NCBI GenBank assembly: GCA_037445065.1
Contig: JBBILD010000004.1
Span: 160,001 to 224,000 of the forward strand
Length of the DNA stretch: 64,000 nucleotides
Direction: 5' to 3'
Origin: Myxococcales bacterium
GTDB taxonomy: Bacteria; Desulfobacterota; Binatia; HRBIN30
Position numbers and translations under genes: made by a program. This document shows positions 45,299 to 54,702 of the stretch, one piece after another. Below the pieces are notes generated by a model. The model ran no database searches. It was not told the origin of the DNA and saw nothing but the letters and a program-made list of their open reading frames with translations. How positions within the stretch are numbered: the first letter of the stretch is position 1; every line of letters starts with the position of its first letter.

Positions 45299-48200
45299 CT
45301 ATGGCGCCAGACCGGCCTTGGGCGGAATCCGGAACCACAGGGAGTAAAGAGCGGGAAGCAGCAGCAAGGTGATGACCGTGCCCGCGGTCACGCCGCCCAT
45401 GAGCACCACCGCCATGGGGCCCCAGAAGGTGTCCGTAGCCAGCGGCACGAAGGCGAGCACAGCCGCAGCCGCGGTCAGAACCACTGGGCGCGCGCGGCGA
45501 ACGGTGGCTTCCACCACGGCTCGGTAAGAATCCATCCCGAGGGCGAGGTTGTCGTCAACTTGTTTGGCAAGGATGAGGGTATTGCGCATGAGGATCCCGG
45601 CCAAGCCAATGAGTCCCAGCATGGCGACGAAACCCAGAGGCCGCTGGGTGACAATCAAGGCCGGCACCGCGCCAATGAAGCCGAGCGGGGCGGTGGCCAG
45701 CACCAGCAACATGCCCCGGAAGGTCCGCATCTGCAGCATGATGACCGCCATCATGAGTAGCACCATCACCGGCTGCAACCGTTGGATCGACCGCTCTCCT
45801 TTGCTCGACTGCTCCACGGAGCCGCCGATGTCGATGCGATAGCCGGGAGGCAGCCGCCGCCGCACGGCGTCGAGCGCATCCCAGAGTTGCCAGGTGACAT
45901 CGCTCGGCTGCGCGCCGCGTACCTCGGCGTTGACGGCGATGAACGGCTCGCGATTGTACCGTTTCAACACCGGCTCCTCGAATTCTACCTGTAGCGAGCC
46001 CACGTGATCGAGGGCGATGGAACGGCCGTCGAGGGTTTTGATGTGGATGTTCGAGGGGAGCAGCTTGGCCTCCGCGCCGCGCAGGAAAACGGGCACATGG
46101 CGGATGTCTTCGCGCAGTTCGGTTGCCGGAACACCGCCCCACTCGTATTGGAGCTGCTGGGCCAAGTCGCGCGGTGTGAGCCCGATCTGGCGAAGCCGCT
46201 CGAGGTCCGGGCGCAAGACCAGCACCGGCGTACGCTCGGACCACTCCAGGTGCGGATCCATAACGTGGGGGTGCCGGGCGAGCACTTCGCGCACCTCGCG
46301 CGCGATGACACGCAGCGTCCCGAGGTCGGGACCCACAACGCGAAACGAAACTGGCCACACAACAGGCGGACCGTAGAGTAAGGTGTGGGCACGCACCCGA
46401 GCCTCGGCAAACTCGCCGTTCCGAACGTGGCGCTCGATCTCAGCGATCAAGTGGTTGCGCTCCCTTGCCGACCCGGTGATCGCCAGGACTTTGGCGAAGG
46501 CTGAGCTGGGTTGCTCGGGGTTCAGAGCCAGGAAGAAGCGCGGCGCTCCGGCGCCGATGAACGTTGCCAACGTGTGCACTTCGGGACGCGCGAGCAAGAG
46601 TGTTTCCATTCGCTCGGCGACCGAGCGCGTCACCCCGATGCTGGTTCCCTGCGGCAAATACAGGTCCACGATCACCTCCGGCCGGTCGGAATTGGGGAAG
46701 AACTGTCGCGGGACGAAGAGTTGAAGCCCTACGAGGCTGGCGCCGAGCGCCGCCGCGCTGACCGCTGTCACGGTTCGCCGGTGCTGCACGCACCACTCGA
46801 TCAAAGCGCGCAAGCGCTGGTAGGTCGGGGTTTGGTACAGCGCCTCTTCCTCCTGACTCTCGGCCCGGTGCGCGGCGGGCAGCAACTCGAAGCCCAAATA
46901 GGGCGTGAAAACCACCGCCACCAGCCAGGATGCCAGTAAGGCGATCGCGAGAACCCAGAACATGTTCCCTGCGTATTCGCCAACTCCGGAGCGGGCAAAA
47001 CCAATGGGGAGAAACCCGAGTGCGGTGACCAGGGTGCCGGTGAGCATAGGCGCTGCGGTTGCGGTCCATGCGTGCGAGGCTGCCAGAGCCCGCTCCCAGC
47101 CCTGCTCGAGTTTCACCTTCATCATTTCGATGGCGATAATGGCGTCGTCTACCAGAAGGCCGAGGGAGACGATCAACGCCCCGAGCGTGATGCGGTCGAG
47201 ATTGATCCCGCGCACGAGCATGACTGCGAAGGTGAGACCGAGAGTCAGCGGCACCGCCAATCCGACCACGATTCCGGCGCGGATTCCCAAGGTGGCGAAA
47301 CTCACCAGCGTGACCACAGCCAGGGCAATGAGAAACTTGAACTGGAAGAGGTGGACAGCGGCGGAAATCGCGTGCGCCTGATTGGTGACCTCTTTCCATT
47401 CGAGCCCGAGGGGCAGCTCCGCCCGTAGCTCCTCGGTGAACGCGGCAAGGCGCTCGCCGAGGAGCAAGCCGTTTTCCCCTGCCTGCATGATCACGCCGAG
47501 TAGGACCGCGTCTTGCCCGAAGGCACGTACAAGGTAAGCCGGCGGATCTTCGTAACCGCGGCGGACGCGCGCTACCTCGCCCAAGGTAAGCCAGCGTCCT
47601 CCAACGCGCAGGGGGATGCGACTCAGGAGCTCGGCGTCGAACGTGTCGTCCACCGCCCGGAGGTACAGGCGCGCCCCGCTGCCTTCGATCCACCCGGCCG
47701 GCAGCAAGCGATTGCTGGCGTCCAGCGCTTCCCGCACCGCGGCGGGCGAGAGACCAAGAGTGGCCAGGCGTGCGTTGTCGAACTCGAGGTACCAGCGCTC
47801 TGGGCGCTCGCCGATGAGATGGACTTCCTGTACGCCGGGGATGCGACGCAGCCGTTCGCGCAGGCGCTCTGCCTCGCGCACGAGCTGTCGCGGCGTAAGG
47901 CCGCGAGCGGTGAGAGAATAGAGCGCAAAGTACACATCGGAGAACTCATCGTTGACAAACGGTCCGAGCACTCCCTCAGGGAGGCGCGGCGCTTCGTCCT
48001 GCATCCGCTTGCGCACCTGGTAAAACAGCTCCCGCACTTTGTGCGCAGGCGTGTAGTCGTGAAACTCGACCACCAGGTCCACGCGACCCGGGCGCGAGGT
48101 TGTTTCAACTCGGTAGAAATACTCGACTTCTTGCACACGCTTCTCCAGTGGGTCGGCCACCAAGCGCTGCATTTGTTCCGCCGAGGCTCCTGGCCAGAGC

Positions 48201-48361
48201 GCGGACACAACCATCGCGCGCACCGTGAACGCTGGATCCTCGGCGCGCCCCAACTGCCAGAAGGCGAGCAGTCCGCCCAGTGCCGACAGTAACAGGAAGA
48301 ACAAGGTGAGGGAGCGCTCGCGAACCGCGAATGCGGAGACGTTCCAGTCGAGCTGAGTCAT
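45299..48361 (-). CDS. RND efflux transporter permease
   Basis: AEDPAFT, GLLVDDAII, FFPNSDRP, RARPVVLTA. Confidence 0.95.
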   Translation of the reverse strand: MTQLDWNVSAFAVRERSLTLFFLLLSALGGLLAFWQLGRAEDPAFTVRAMVVSALWPGASAEQMQRLVADPLEKRVQEVEYFYRVETTSRPGRVDLVVEFHDYTPAHKVRELFYQVRKRMQDEAPRLPEGVLGPFVNDEFSDVYFALYSLTARGLTPRQLVREAERLRERLRRIPGVQEVHLIGERPERWYLEFDNARLATLGLSPAAVREALDASNRLLPAGWIEGSGARLYLRAVDDTFDAELLSRIPLRVGGRWLTLGEVARVRRGYEDPPAYLVRAFGQDAVLLGVIMQAGENGLLLGERLAAFTEELRAELPLGLEWKEVTNQAHAISAAVHLFQFKFLIALAVVTLVSFATLGIRAGIVVGLAVPLTLGLTFAVMLVRGINLDRITLGALIVSLGLLVDDAIIAIEMMKVKLEQGWERALAASHAWTATAAPMLTGTLVTALGFLPIGFARSGVGEYAGNMFWVLAIALLASWLVAVVFTPYLGFELLPAAHRAESQEEEALYQTPTYQRLRALIEWCVQHRRTVTAVSAAALGASLVGLQLFVPRQFFPNSDRPEVIVDLYLPQGTSIGVTRSVAERMETLLLARPEVHTLATFIGAGAPRFFLALNPEQPSSAFAKVLAITGSARERNHLIAEIERHVRNGEFAEARVRAHTLLYGPPVVWPVSFRVVGPDLGTLRVIAREVREVLARHPHVMDPHLEWSERTPVLVLRPDLERLRQIGLTPRDLAQQLQYEWGGVPATELREDIRHVPVFLRGAEAKLLPSNIHIKTLDGRSIALDHVGSLQVEFEEPVLKRYNREPFIAVNAEVRGAQPSDVTWQLWDALDAVRRRLPPGYRIDIGGSVEQSSKGERSIQRLQPVMVLLMMAVIMLQMRTFRGMLLVLATAPLGFIGAVPALIVTQRPLGFVAMLGLIGLAGILMRNTLILAKQVDDNLALGMDSYRAVVEATVRRARPVVLTAAAAVLAFVPLATDTFWGPMAVVLMGGVTAGTVITLLLLPALYSLWFRIPPKAGLAP

Positions 48362-49440
48362 GGCAGGGGGCGAACGTTCTCACCGGGGTGCAGGAGGTGT
48401 GTCCCCACCGCGACCACTTCGGCACCGACTTCCAAATTCGCTTCGACGTAAGCGTCCTCACCGTCTGTTCCGGCGATGCGGACTGGCACCGGCTCCACCT
48501 GACCGTTCCGCACCCGCCAGACCATCGGTCCGCTGCCTTCGTCATGAATGGCACTGAGCGGGACCCGTTGTTGCCCTGTCCTGCTGTCGGAGAAGCGCAA
48601 GCGTGCCGTGCCGCCGAGTTCGAGAGCGGAGGAATCCTCGCCCAAAAGCCGAAACCGCGCTCTCCAGGTGCGGGTGACCGGATCCGCCGCTCCCGCGACT
48701 TCGCGCAACTCGGCGGAAAACGATTTGCCGTTCGGGACAACGCCTTCCGCCCGCGTCGGCACGTTGCGCACCCGGTTCTCCGGCACGAACACCTCGATTT
48801 CTCGAGCGCCCTTCTGTGCCAGCACCGCAACAGGTTGTCCTGGAGCCACGACTTGCCCGGGTTCCCCGGTGACTTCCACCAACGTGCCGGAATGCGGTGC
48901 GGTCAAGCGCGTGTACTCGCGCTGCTGGAGGGCTTGCTGGTGTTGGGCGCGCAGCGCAGCCAGCCGCTCGCCCGCCGAACGAGCCATCGTTTCCGCCAGT
49001 TCGTAGGCTTGCTGGCTCGCGATTCCCTGTTCGAGTAGCGCGGCCAGCCGCTGCCGCTCGCGCTCGGCGTTTTGGGCTTCTGCCTCGGCAGCCCGTACTT
49101 GCGCAGCCGCCGCTCGTTCCAGTTGGTCGACGTCGCGCGGGTCGAGCTCGAAGAGCAACTGGCCTTGGTGCACCTCCTCTCCCGCTTGCACGAGGCGGCG
49201 CAGGATTTGCCCGCCGATGCGAAACGCGAGCGGCGTCTCGTAGCGAGCCCGCACTGTACCCGTGAGGCTCCATTCCCCGCCGCCCGCAGCTTCGACTTTC
49301 ACCACGCGCACCGCCCGTGGCTGCACCTCCTCACTCCCATGCTCTGCCTGCCGGCATCCCGCTCCAAGCATCAGGACCGCGCAAGCCACCCCGAGCCTCA
49401 GCAAAGAGGCCAGCTTGTGGTAAAACCGGGACTTGTGCAT
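48358..49440 (-). CDS. RND periplasmic adaptor (lipoprotein)
   Basis: Lipobox GAGC, LAFRIGG, LTAPHSG, ADPVTRT. Confidence 0.93.
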   Translation of the reverse strand: MHKSRFYHKLASLLRLGVACAVLMLGAGCRQAEHGSEEVQPRAVRVVKVEAAGGGEWSLTGTVRARYETPLAFRIGGQILRRLVQAGEEVHQGQLLFELDPRDVDQLERAAAAQVRAAEAEAQNAERERQRLAALLEQGIASQQAYELAETMARSAGERLAALRAQHQQALQQREYTRLTAPHSGTLVEVTGEPGQVVAPGQPVAVLAQKGAREIEVFVPENRVRNVPTRAEGVVPNGKSFSAELREVAGAADPVTRTWRARFRLLGEDSSALELGGTARLRFSDSRTGQQRVPLSAIHDEGSGPMVWRVRNGQVEPVPVRIAGTDGEDAYVEANLEVGAEVVAVGTHLLHPGENVRPLP

Positions 49441-49454
49441 GCCTCGTCAATATG

Positions 49455-49470
49455 TGAACGAAGGCGTTCA
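49455..49470. promoter_or_regulatory. Probable TetR operator
   Basis: Perfect TGAACG-N4-CGTTCA in the 34-bp gap between the divergent adaptor and tetR genes. Confidence 0.7.
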
Positions 49471-49474
49471 GTAA

Positions 49475-50140
49475 ATGGGGCGAGCAACGACGCGGGGAAC
49501 GCACTCCTACTCTCCACCACGCGCTCGCGTGCGGCGCGGGCGCCCGGTTGATCTGCACAAGCGGCGCGCCATTCTTGCTGCTGCACAACAGGTGTTCTTC
49601 GGCGCCGATCCGCGGCGGCTGAACATCGAAACCATCGCCCGTACCGCAGGCGTCTCGAAGGCGACGGTGTACGCCCAGTTCGGTAGCCTGACGGCTGTTT
49701 TGCGCGCGGTGATCGAAGAACACCGTGAGGACATGGCGCGGGCTTTGCGAACGCTACCCGAGAGCGGCACCGATTTGCGAGCCTCGCTGGTGGCCTTCGG
49801 CGATGCCCTGCTCGACTTCCTGACAAGCCCGGCGGCCGTTGCCTTGCAGCGCATGCTGGCGGCACGCGTGGGCGCGCGCGCCCGCTTGGGGCGGCTGGTC
49901 TACGCGGAAGGCCCGCTGGCGCTGCGCCGCCGCCTGGCGACCATTCTCGAAGCGGAGCAGCGCCAGGGGCGCTTGCGCCGCCACGATGCATTGGTCGTGG
50001 CGGAGCAGCTTCTCGGCATGTGGCAGGGTTTGTTGGTTCCCGGACAGGTAATGGGGGGCGTGCCCCGCCCGAACAGGACAGAGCGGCGCAGACGCGTGCG
50101 GGCCGCGGTGGACACGATCCTGCGCGCGTACTCGGTTTGA
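49475..50140 (+). CDS. TetR/AcrR family regulator
   Basis: ILAAA, IARTAGVSKATVYAQF helix-turn-helix. Confidence 0.92.
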   Translation: MGRATTRGTHSYSPPRARVRRGRPVDLHKRRAILAAAQQVFFGADPRRLNIETIARTAGVSKATVYAQFGSLTAVLRAVIEEHREDMARALRTLPESGTDLRASLVAFGDALLDFLTSPAAVALQRMLAARVGARARLGRLVYAEGPLALRRRLATILEAEQRQGRLRRHDALVVAEQLLGMWQGLLVPGQVMGGVPRPNRTERRRRVRAAVDTILRAYSV

Positions 50141-50179
50141 CAGCAGCCGCACAACGGAGTATCAAACAACCGTTTGTTT
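50137..50179 (+). promoter_or_regulatory. Sigma-70-like promoter overlapped by a PsrA-like operator
   Basis: TTGACA (50137-50142)-N17-TATCAA (50160-50165); CAAAC-AACC-GTTTG (50163-50176). Confidence 0.55.
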
Positions 50180-50192
50180 TGGGGAGGTCGGC

Positions 50193-50918
50193 ATGCCGCA
50201 AAACGTTCCTGAGTTCGGCTTCAGCGAGGATGCTTTGCGCTTGCGGCAGTTCGTGTACGAGTACTGGTGCGAACACGGGCACGGGCCGAACTTGCGGACG
50301 GCACACGAAGGCACCGGCTTGAGCCGCGAGCGGCTGCTGGCCGCGTATCAGGAACTCGATCTGGGAATCATGTGTGTGGTGAATCTCGACACGCAGAATT
50401 TCCATTTGCTCAAAGCCCCTCCCTTTTCGAGTTACCCGAGCCAGGCGCAGGTGTATTTGGACGGTCGCTTCCACTGCTACGCCGGCTGCGCCATGGAGTC
50501 GCTGGCCATCTCCATGATGCCTCCGTTTCAAGGCAAGGAAGTTCGTATCGAATCGTACTGCGCGTGTTGTTTGCGGCCCGTGCAGGTGGTGACGCGCAGT
50601 GGAGAGTTGCTGTCCTACACGCCGGCAACGGCGCTCGTGCACGTCAGCTCGAGCCCGTGGGAATGGAACCGGACCAGCATTGTTTCCATGTGCGACACGA
50701 TGAATTTCGTTCTCGACCGCGAGCACGCGGCACAGTACGAGCGCAAGATTTGCCGCCGCGGCGTGCTGTTCACGATGGAACAGGCGCACGCCTTCGTCAC
50801 CCCCACTGGGCGAGCGCGGATGTGGAACTATGAACGGCCTCCGGACTACTTGCGGCCACCGAAGGTGATCGATTTTGTGCGTTCCTTGGGCGTGGACGTG
50901 AGTGGCTGGGGCGCGTGA
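50193..50918 (+). CDS. Alkylmercury lyase (MerB)-like family protein
   Basis: N-terminal winged-helix-like segment, PPFSSYP, YAGCAME, IESYC, SMCDTMNF. Confidence 0.7.
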   Translation: MPQNVPEFGFSEDALRLRQFVYEYWCEHGHGPNLRTAHEGTGLSRERLLAAYQELDLGIMCVVNLDTQNFHLLKAPPFSSYPSQAQVYLDGRFHCYAGCAMESLAISMMPPFQGKEVRIESYCACCLRPVQVVTRSGELLSYTPATALVHVSSSPWEWNRTSIVSMCDTMNFVLDREHAAQYERKICRRGVLFTMEQAHAFVTPTGRARMWNYERPPDYLRPPKVIDFVRSLGVDVSGWGA

Positions 50919-50949
50919 CCGGCGGTAAAGCGGACTTGGGGAGAGGCGG

Positions 50950-52410
50950 ATGGCAAGTGCCTGGTGCGAGAAGCTCTCCGCGCAAGACCGCTCGTTCCTG
51001 CTGTTCGAACGCCGCACCACGCACATGCACTTGGGGGGTGTTACGGTTTTCGAGTTGGGCCCGCTCAGGAACGAGCACGGTGGGGTACGGATGGAGCAGA
51101 TCCGTGCCTACATTGCTTCGCGCTTGCATTGGATTCCGCGTTACCGGCAACGGCTCGCGTTCCGCCCCCTGGATGGGGCCCCATTTTGGGTGGACGACGA
51201 GCGGTTCCACCTCGACTATCATGTGCGGCACACCAGCTTGCCGCGGCCTGGTGATGATCGCCAGTTGAAACAGCTGGCCGGGCGTATCCTGTCCACGCCG
51301 CTCGATCGGTCTCGCCCGCTGTGGGAAGCGTGGGTGGTCGAGGGTCTGGCCGGAGATCGCTTTGCCATGGTGCTCAAGACCCATCACGCGGTGGTAGATG
51401 GAGTTTCCGGGGTGGACCTGATGTCCACGCTGCTGCAGCCGGAGCCGGTCAGCCACGTAGAGCCCTCCCCGCCCTGGCGTCCCCGTCCGGCGCCGAGCGT
51501 CTGGCGGATGTGGGAAGAAGAGATCGAGAAGCAATGGGAGCTGCCCGCGAGAGTGTGGGCCGAGCTGCGCGGCGCACTGGAGCAGCCGGGTGCATTGTGG
51601 CAGCGCTTGCAAGACAGCCTGCGCACGACGTGGGGCTTCTTCAGCGAAGGTCTGCACCGTCCCTCGCCGACTCCGCTGAACCGAGCAATTGGCCCGTATC
51701 GGCGGTTCGATTGGCAAGAGCTGGCGTTGAGCGAGGCCAAAGAGATCAAGAACCGTCTCGGAGGAACGGTCAATGACGTTGTGCTCGCCACCGTGGCCGG
51801 TGCAGTGCGCCGATTTTTGCTGCGCCGCGCCGCCCTTGCGGAAGAGTTGGACTTCCGCATCGTCGTGCCGGTGAGCATTCGCAGCCCGCAGGAGGCGGCG
51901 CAGCCGGGTAACCGAGTGTCGGCGTGGATCCTCTCGTTGCCGGTGCGCGAACGCGATCCTGAAGTCCGCTACCGAGCGGTGGTCGAAGCCACCACTCGCT
52001 GCAAGAGTTCCCATTTGGAGCGAGGCATCGAAGCGTTCACCACGCTGGCGGAGGTGATGGATCCGCTGCTCACGCTCGGCGTTCGGGTTGCGGCGCGCGT
52101 GGCACCGTACAACTTGATCGTCACCAATGTCCCTGGGCCGCAGTTTCCTTTGTTCTTGCTCAACGCGCGCATGCTCGCCGGGTACCCCACGGTGCCGCTG
52201 TTCGAGTACCAAGGGCTCGGGGTGGCCATCTTCAGTTACGACGGGCGACTGTTTTTCGGGCTGAACGCGGATTGGGACATTTTGCCTGACGTCGCCGATT
52301 TTGCTGCGGACCTGCGCGGTGCCTTTGTGGAACTCTCGCGGGCCGCCCGCGGGTGGAGCCCGGCGGCGCGGCCGGCGCAACGAGTTCGCAGCTCGGCGCG
52401 CAGGCATTGA
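50950..52410 (+). CDS. Wax ester synthase/diacylglycerol acyltransferase
   Basis: LSAQDRSFL, LDRSRPLWE, HHAVVDG, TVNDV, TNVPGP. Confidence 0.95.
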   Translation: MASAWCEKLSAQDRSFLLFERRTTHMHLGGVTVFELGPLRNEHGGVRMEQIRAYIASRLHWIPRYRQRLAFRPLDGAPFWVDDERFHLDYHVRHTSLPRPGDDRQLKQLAGRILSTPLDRSRPLWEAWVVEGLAGDRFAMVLKTHHAVVDGVSGVDLMSTLLQPEPVSHVEPSPPWRPRPAPSVWRMWEEEIEKQWELPARVWAELRGALEQPGALWQRLQDSLRTTWGFFSEGLHRPSPTPLNRAIGPYRRFDWQELALSEAKEIKNRLGGTVNDVVLATVAGAVRRFLLRRAALAEELDFRIVVPVSIRSPQEAAQPGNRVSAWILSLPVRERDPEVRYRAVVEATTRCKSSHLERGIEAFTTLAEVMDPLLTLGVRVAARVAPYNLIVTNVPGPQFPLFLLNARMLAGYPTVPLFEYQGLGVAIFSYDGRLFFGLNADWDILPDVADFAADLRGAFVELSRAARGWSPAARPAQRVRSSARRH

Positions 52411-52428
52411 GAACAGGGAGGGAGATGC

Positions 52429-53604
52429 ATGGAGTTCGGATTGTTCGTACAAGCGCACGTGCCCAAGCACGAGCAGGAGCGGGATCCGCAAGGAGCGGAG
52501 CATTCGCGGTTGATGCGCGAACTCGACCTAGCCATTCACTGCGATCGCCACGGCTTCAAATACGTGTGGTCGGTGGAGCACCACTTTCTCGAAGAGTACT
52601 CGCACATCTCCGCCTCCGAGGTGTTCTTGCCGTATATCGCCGCGCGAACCGAGCGCGTGCATGTCGGTTCGGCGATTTTCAACATCACGCCTCCGGTCAA
52701 TCATCCGGCGCGCATTGCCGAGCGGGTGGCCATGCTCGACCACCTGAGCGAGGGCCGCTTCGAGTTCGGCGTCGGACGCGGCTCGTCGAGTACCGAGTTC
52801 CGCGGTTTCGGGATCCCGGATAGCGAAACGACGCGTGCGATGTTCGACGAGGCCTTCCCGGAGATCCTGCGCATGTGGCGCGAAGAGAAATACAGTTTCT
52901 CCGGGAGGTTCTTCTCGATGCCGGAGCGCAACGTATTGCCGAAGCCTTATAGCAAGCCGCACCCGCCTCTGTGGATGGCATGCGGCAACCCCGCCACCTT
53001 CGAGAAAGCCGCGCGCTTGGGTGTCGGGGCGTTGTGCTTCAGTATGGGCTCGCCGCGCGACTTCGAACCGCTCATCGAGACGTACAAGAAGCACATTCGC
53101 AACGCCGAGCCGATCGGCGAATACGTGAACGACAACGTCGCTTGCGTCACCCAACTGGTATGCGCCGAGGACGGCCAGGAGGCACGGCGGATCGCCTGCA
53201 ACATGGGCAACATGTACCACGTGAGCCTCGTGTTCCGGTATCTGGATACGTTTCCGCGTCCGGCCAACATTCCGCCGTGGCCGCAGGTGATCCCCGAACC
53301 GACTCTGGAGCAACTCGAAGAGCGGATTCGCAGCGGCCAGCGAATTGTGGGCGACCCGGAGGAATGTGCGCGCGCCGTACAAAAGTACGTGGATGTCGGC
53401 TGTGACCAGATCATCTTCGGCATTCTGGCTTCCAGCCAGCCGCAATGGGTAGCGCGGCGTTCGGTTGAGCTGTTTGGCCGCTTCGTGATTCCGCGTTTCG
53501 ACCGCGATCCGGTTCACTCCACGACTCGCTACCGCTTAGCCGCCTTGGGCCAACAGCCAGAGGCCGCCGCCACCGAAGCTGGTGGCTTGCGGGGCACGGC
53601 ATGA
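52429..53604 (+). CDS. Luciferase-like (LLM) flavin-dependent oxidoreductase
   Basis: MEFGLF, VEHHF, HPARIAERVAMLDHLSEGRFEFGVGRG, PKP..KPHPP. Confidence 0.92.
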   Translation: MEFGLFVQAHVPKHEQERDPQGAEHSRLMRELDLAIHCDRHGFKYVWSVEHHFLEEYSHISASEVFLPYIAARTERVHVGSAIFNITPPVNHPARIAERVAMLDHLSEGRFEFGVGRGSSSTEFRGFGIPDSETTRAMFDEAFPEILRMWREEKYSFSGRFFSMPERNVLPKPYSKPHPPLWMACGNPATFEKAARLGVGALCFSMGSPRDFEPLIETYKKHIRNAEPIGEYVNDNVACVTQLVCAEDGQEARRIACNMGNMYHVSLVFRYLDTFPRPANIPPWPQVIPEPTLEQLEERIRSGQRIVGDPEECARAVQKYVDVGCDQIIFGILASSQPQWVARRSVELFGRFVIPRFDRDPVHSTTRYRLAALGQQPEAAATEAGGLRGTA

Positions 53605-54566
53605 GCGAGGTTCGGGAGTGGGTCGCCATCTGCCCACGCGATTACTTGCCGGTGGGGATGCAACTGCCAGTCGCGGCGCAAAGCCGCATCTTTGCTCAAC
53701 CCTGGGAGGCAGGCGCCGGGCGTGAGGAGATTCTGCGAGTCGCTCGTGCTTGCGAGCGCGCGGGGTTCTTCTACCTCGCCGTGTGCGATCACATCGCGAT
53801 CCCGCGCACGCATGTCCCGCAAATGTCGGCCGTTTGGTTCGACACGGTAGCGACGCTCGGGTTCTTGGCCGCGGCTACGGAACGAGTGCGGTTGCTGTCC
53901 TACGTGTTCATTCCAGCCTACCGGCACCCGCTCGCGGTTGCCAAATCGTTTTGCACGCTGGATGCCCTTTCTCACGGGCGCTTGATCAGCGGCCTCGGTG
54001 CGGGCCACTTGCAGGCCGAGTTCGAGGCCCTGGGGGTGGACTTCTCCCGCCGTGGTGCATTGCTCGACGAGGCGGTCGAAGCGTTGCGCGCGGCCTTTTT
54101 GGAGGAGTTTCCTTGCCATCGCGGGGCGGCCTGGAGTTTTTGCGACTTGGCCATCGCGCCTCGGCCTGTGCAAAAGCCGCGGCCGCCCATTTGGATCGGA
54201 GGCTCCTCTTTGGCGTCGCTTCGGCGAGCGGCGCGGCTCGGCGATGGTTGGCTGCCGCAGGGTCCTCCTGCCATGGGAATGGAGCAGGGCGTGCGCTTCC
54301 TGCGCGGGGAAAGGCGCAAGCTGCACGGGGATGCTCCGTTCGAAATCGGCATGAACAGCCCATTTCTGTATCTCGGCCAGCCAGCTTTCGATCTCGGTCC
54401 AAATTCCTTGGCTGGGTCTGCGGAGGAGATCGCCGCGCTGCTGCGCGCCTACCGCGAGCAGGGAGCGGCGCACGTGCAGGTCCGCTTCCGCAGCCGTTCT
54501 TGTACAGAACTAGAGGAGCAAATCCTGCGTTTCGGCGAGGAGGTGCAGCCACTGCTGCGGTTCTGA
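53601..54566 (+). CDS. LLM class oxidoreductase (possibly F420-dependent)
   Basis: CDHIAIP, YRHP, TLDALSHGR, PRPVQKPRPPIWIGG, RRAARLGDGW. Confidence 0.88.
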   Translation: MSEVREWVAICPRDYLPVGMQLPVAAQSRIFAQPWEAGAGREEILRVARACERAGFFYLAVCDHIAIPRTHVPQMSAVWFDTVATLGFLAAATERVRLLSYVFIPAYRHPLAVAKSFCTLDALSHGRLISGLGAGHLQAEFEALGVDFSRRGALLDEAVEALRAAFLEEFPCHRGAAWSFCDLAIAPRPVQKPRPPIWIGGSSLASLRRAARLGDGWLPQGPPAMGMEQGVRFLRGERRKLHGDAPFEIGMNSPFLYLGQPAFDLGPNSLAGSAEEIAALLRAYREQGAAHVQVRFRSRSCTELEEQILRFGEEVQPLLRF

Positions 54567-54702
54567 GCCTCTCTTTCTGCAGTTAGACCAGAGACAACTG
54601 GCAAAGGGCAGTGGTGGTGGGGCTGGCTACTGGCTGGATCCTTGGGGTCGCCGTTGGCTGGCAAGCGCTGGGTGAGCGGGGAGACCGCGCAGCGGGGAGA
54701 GC

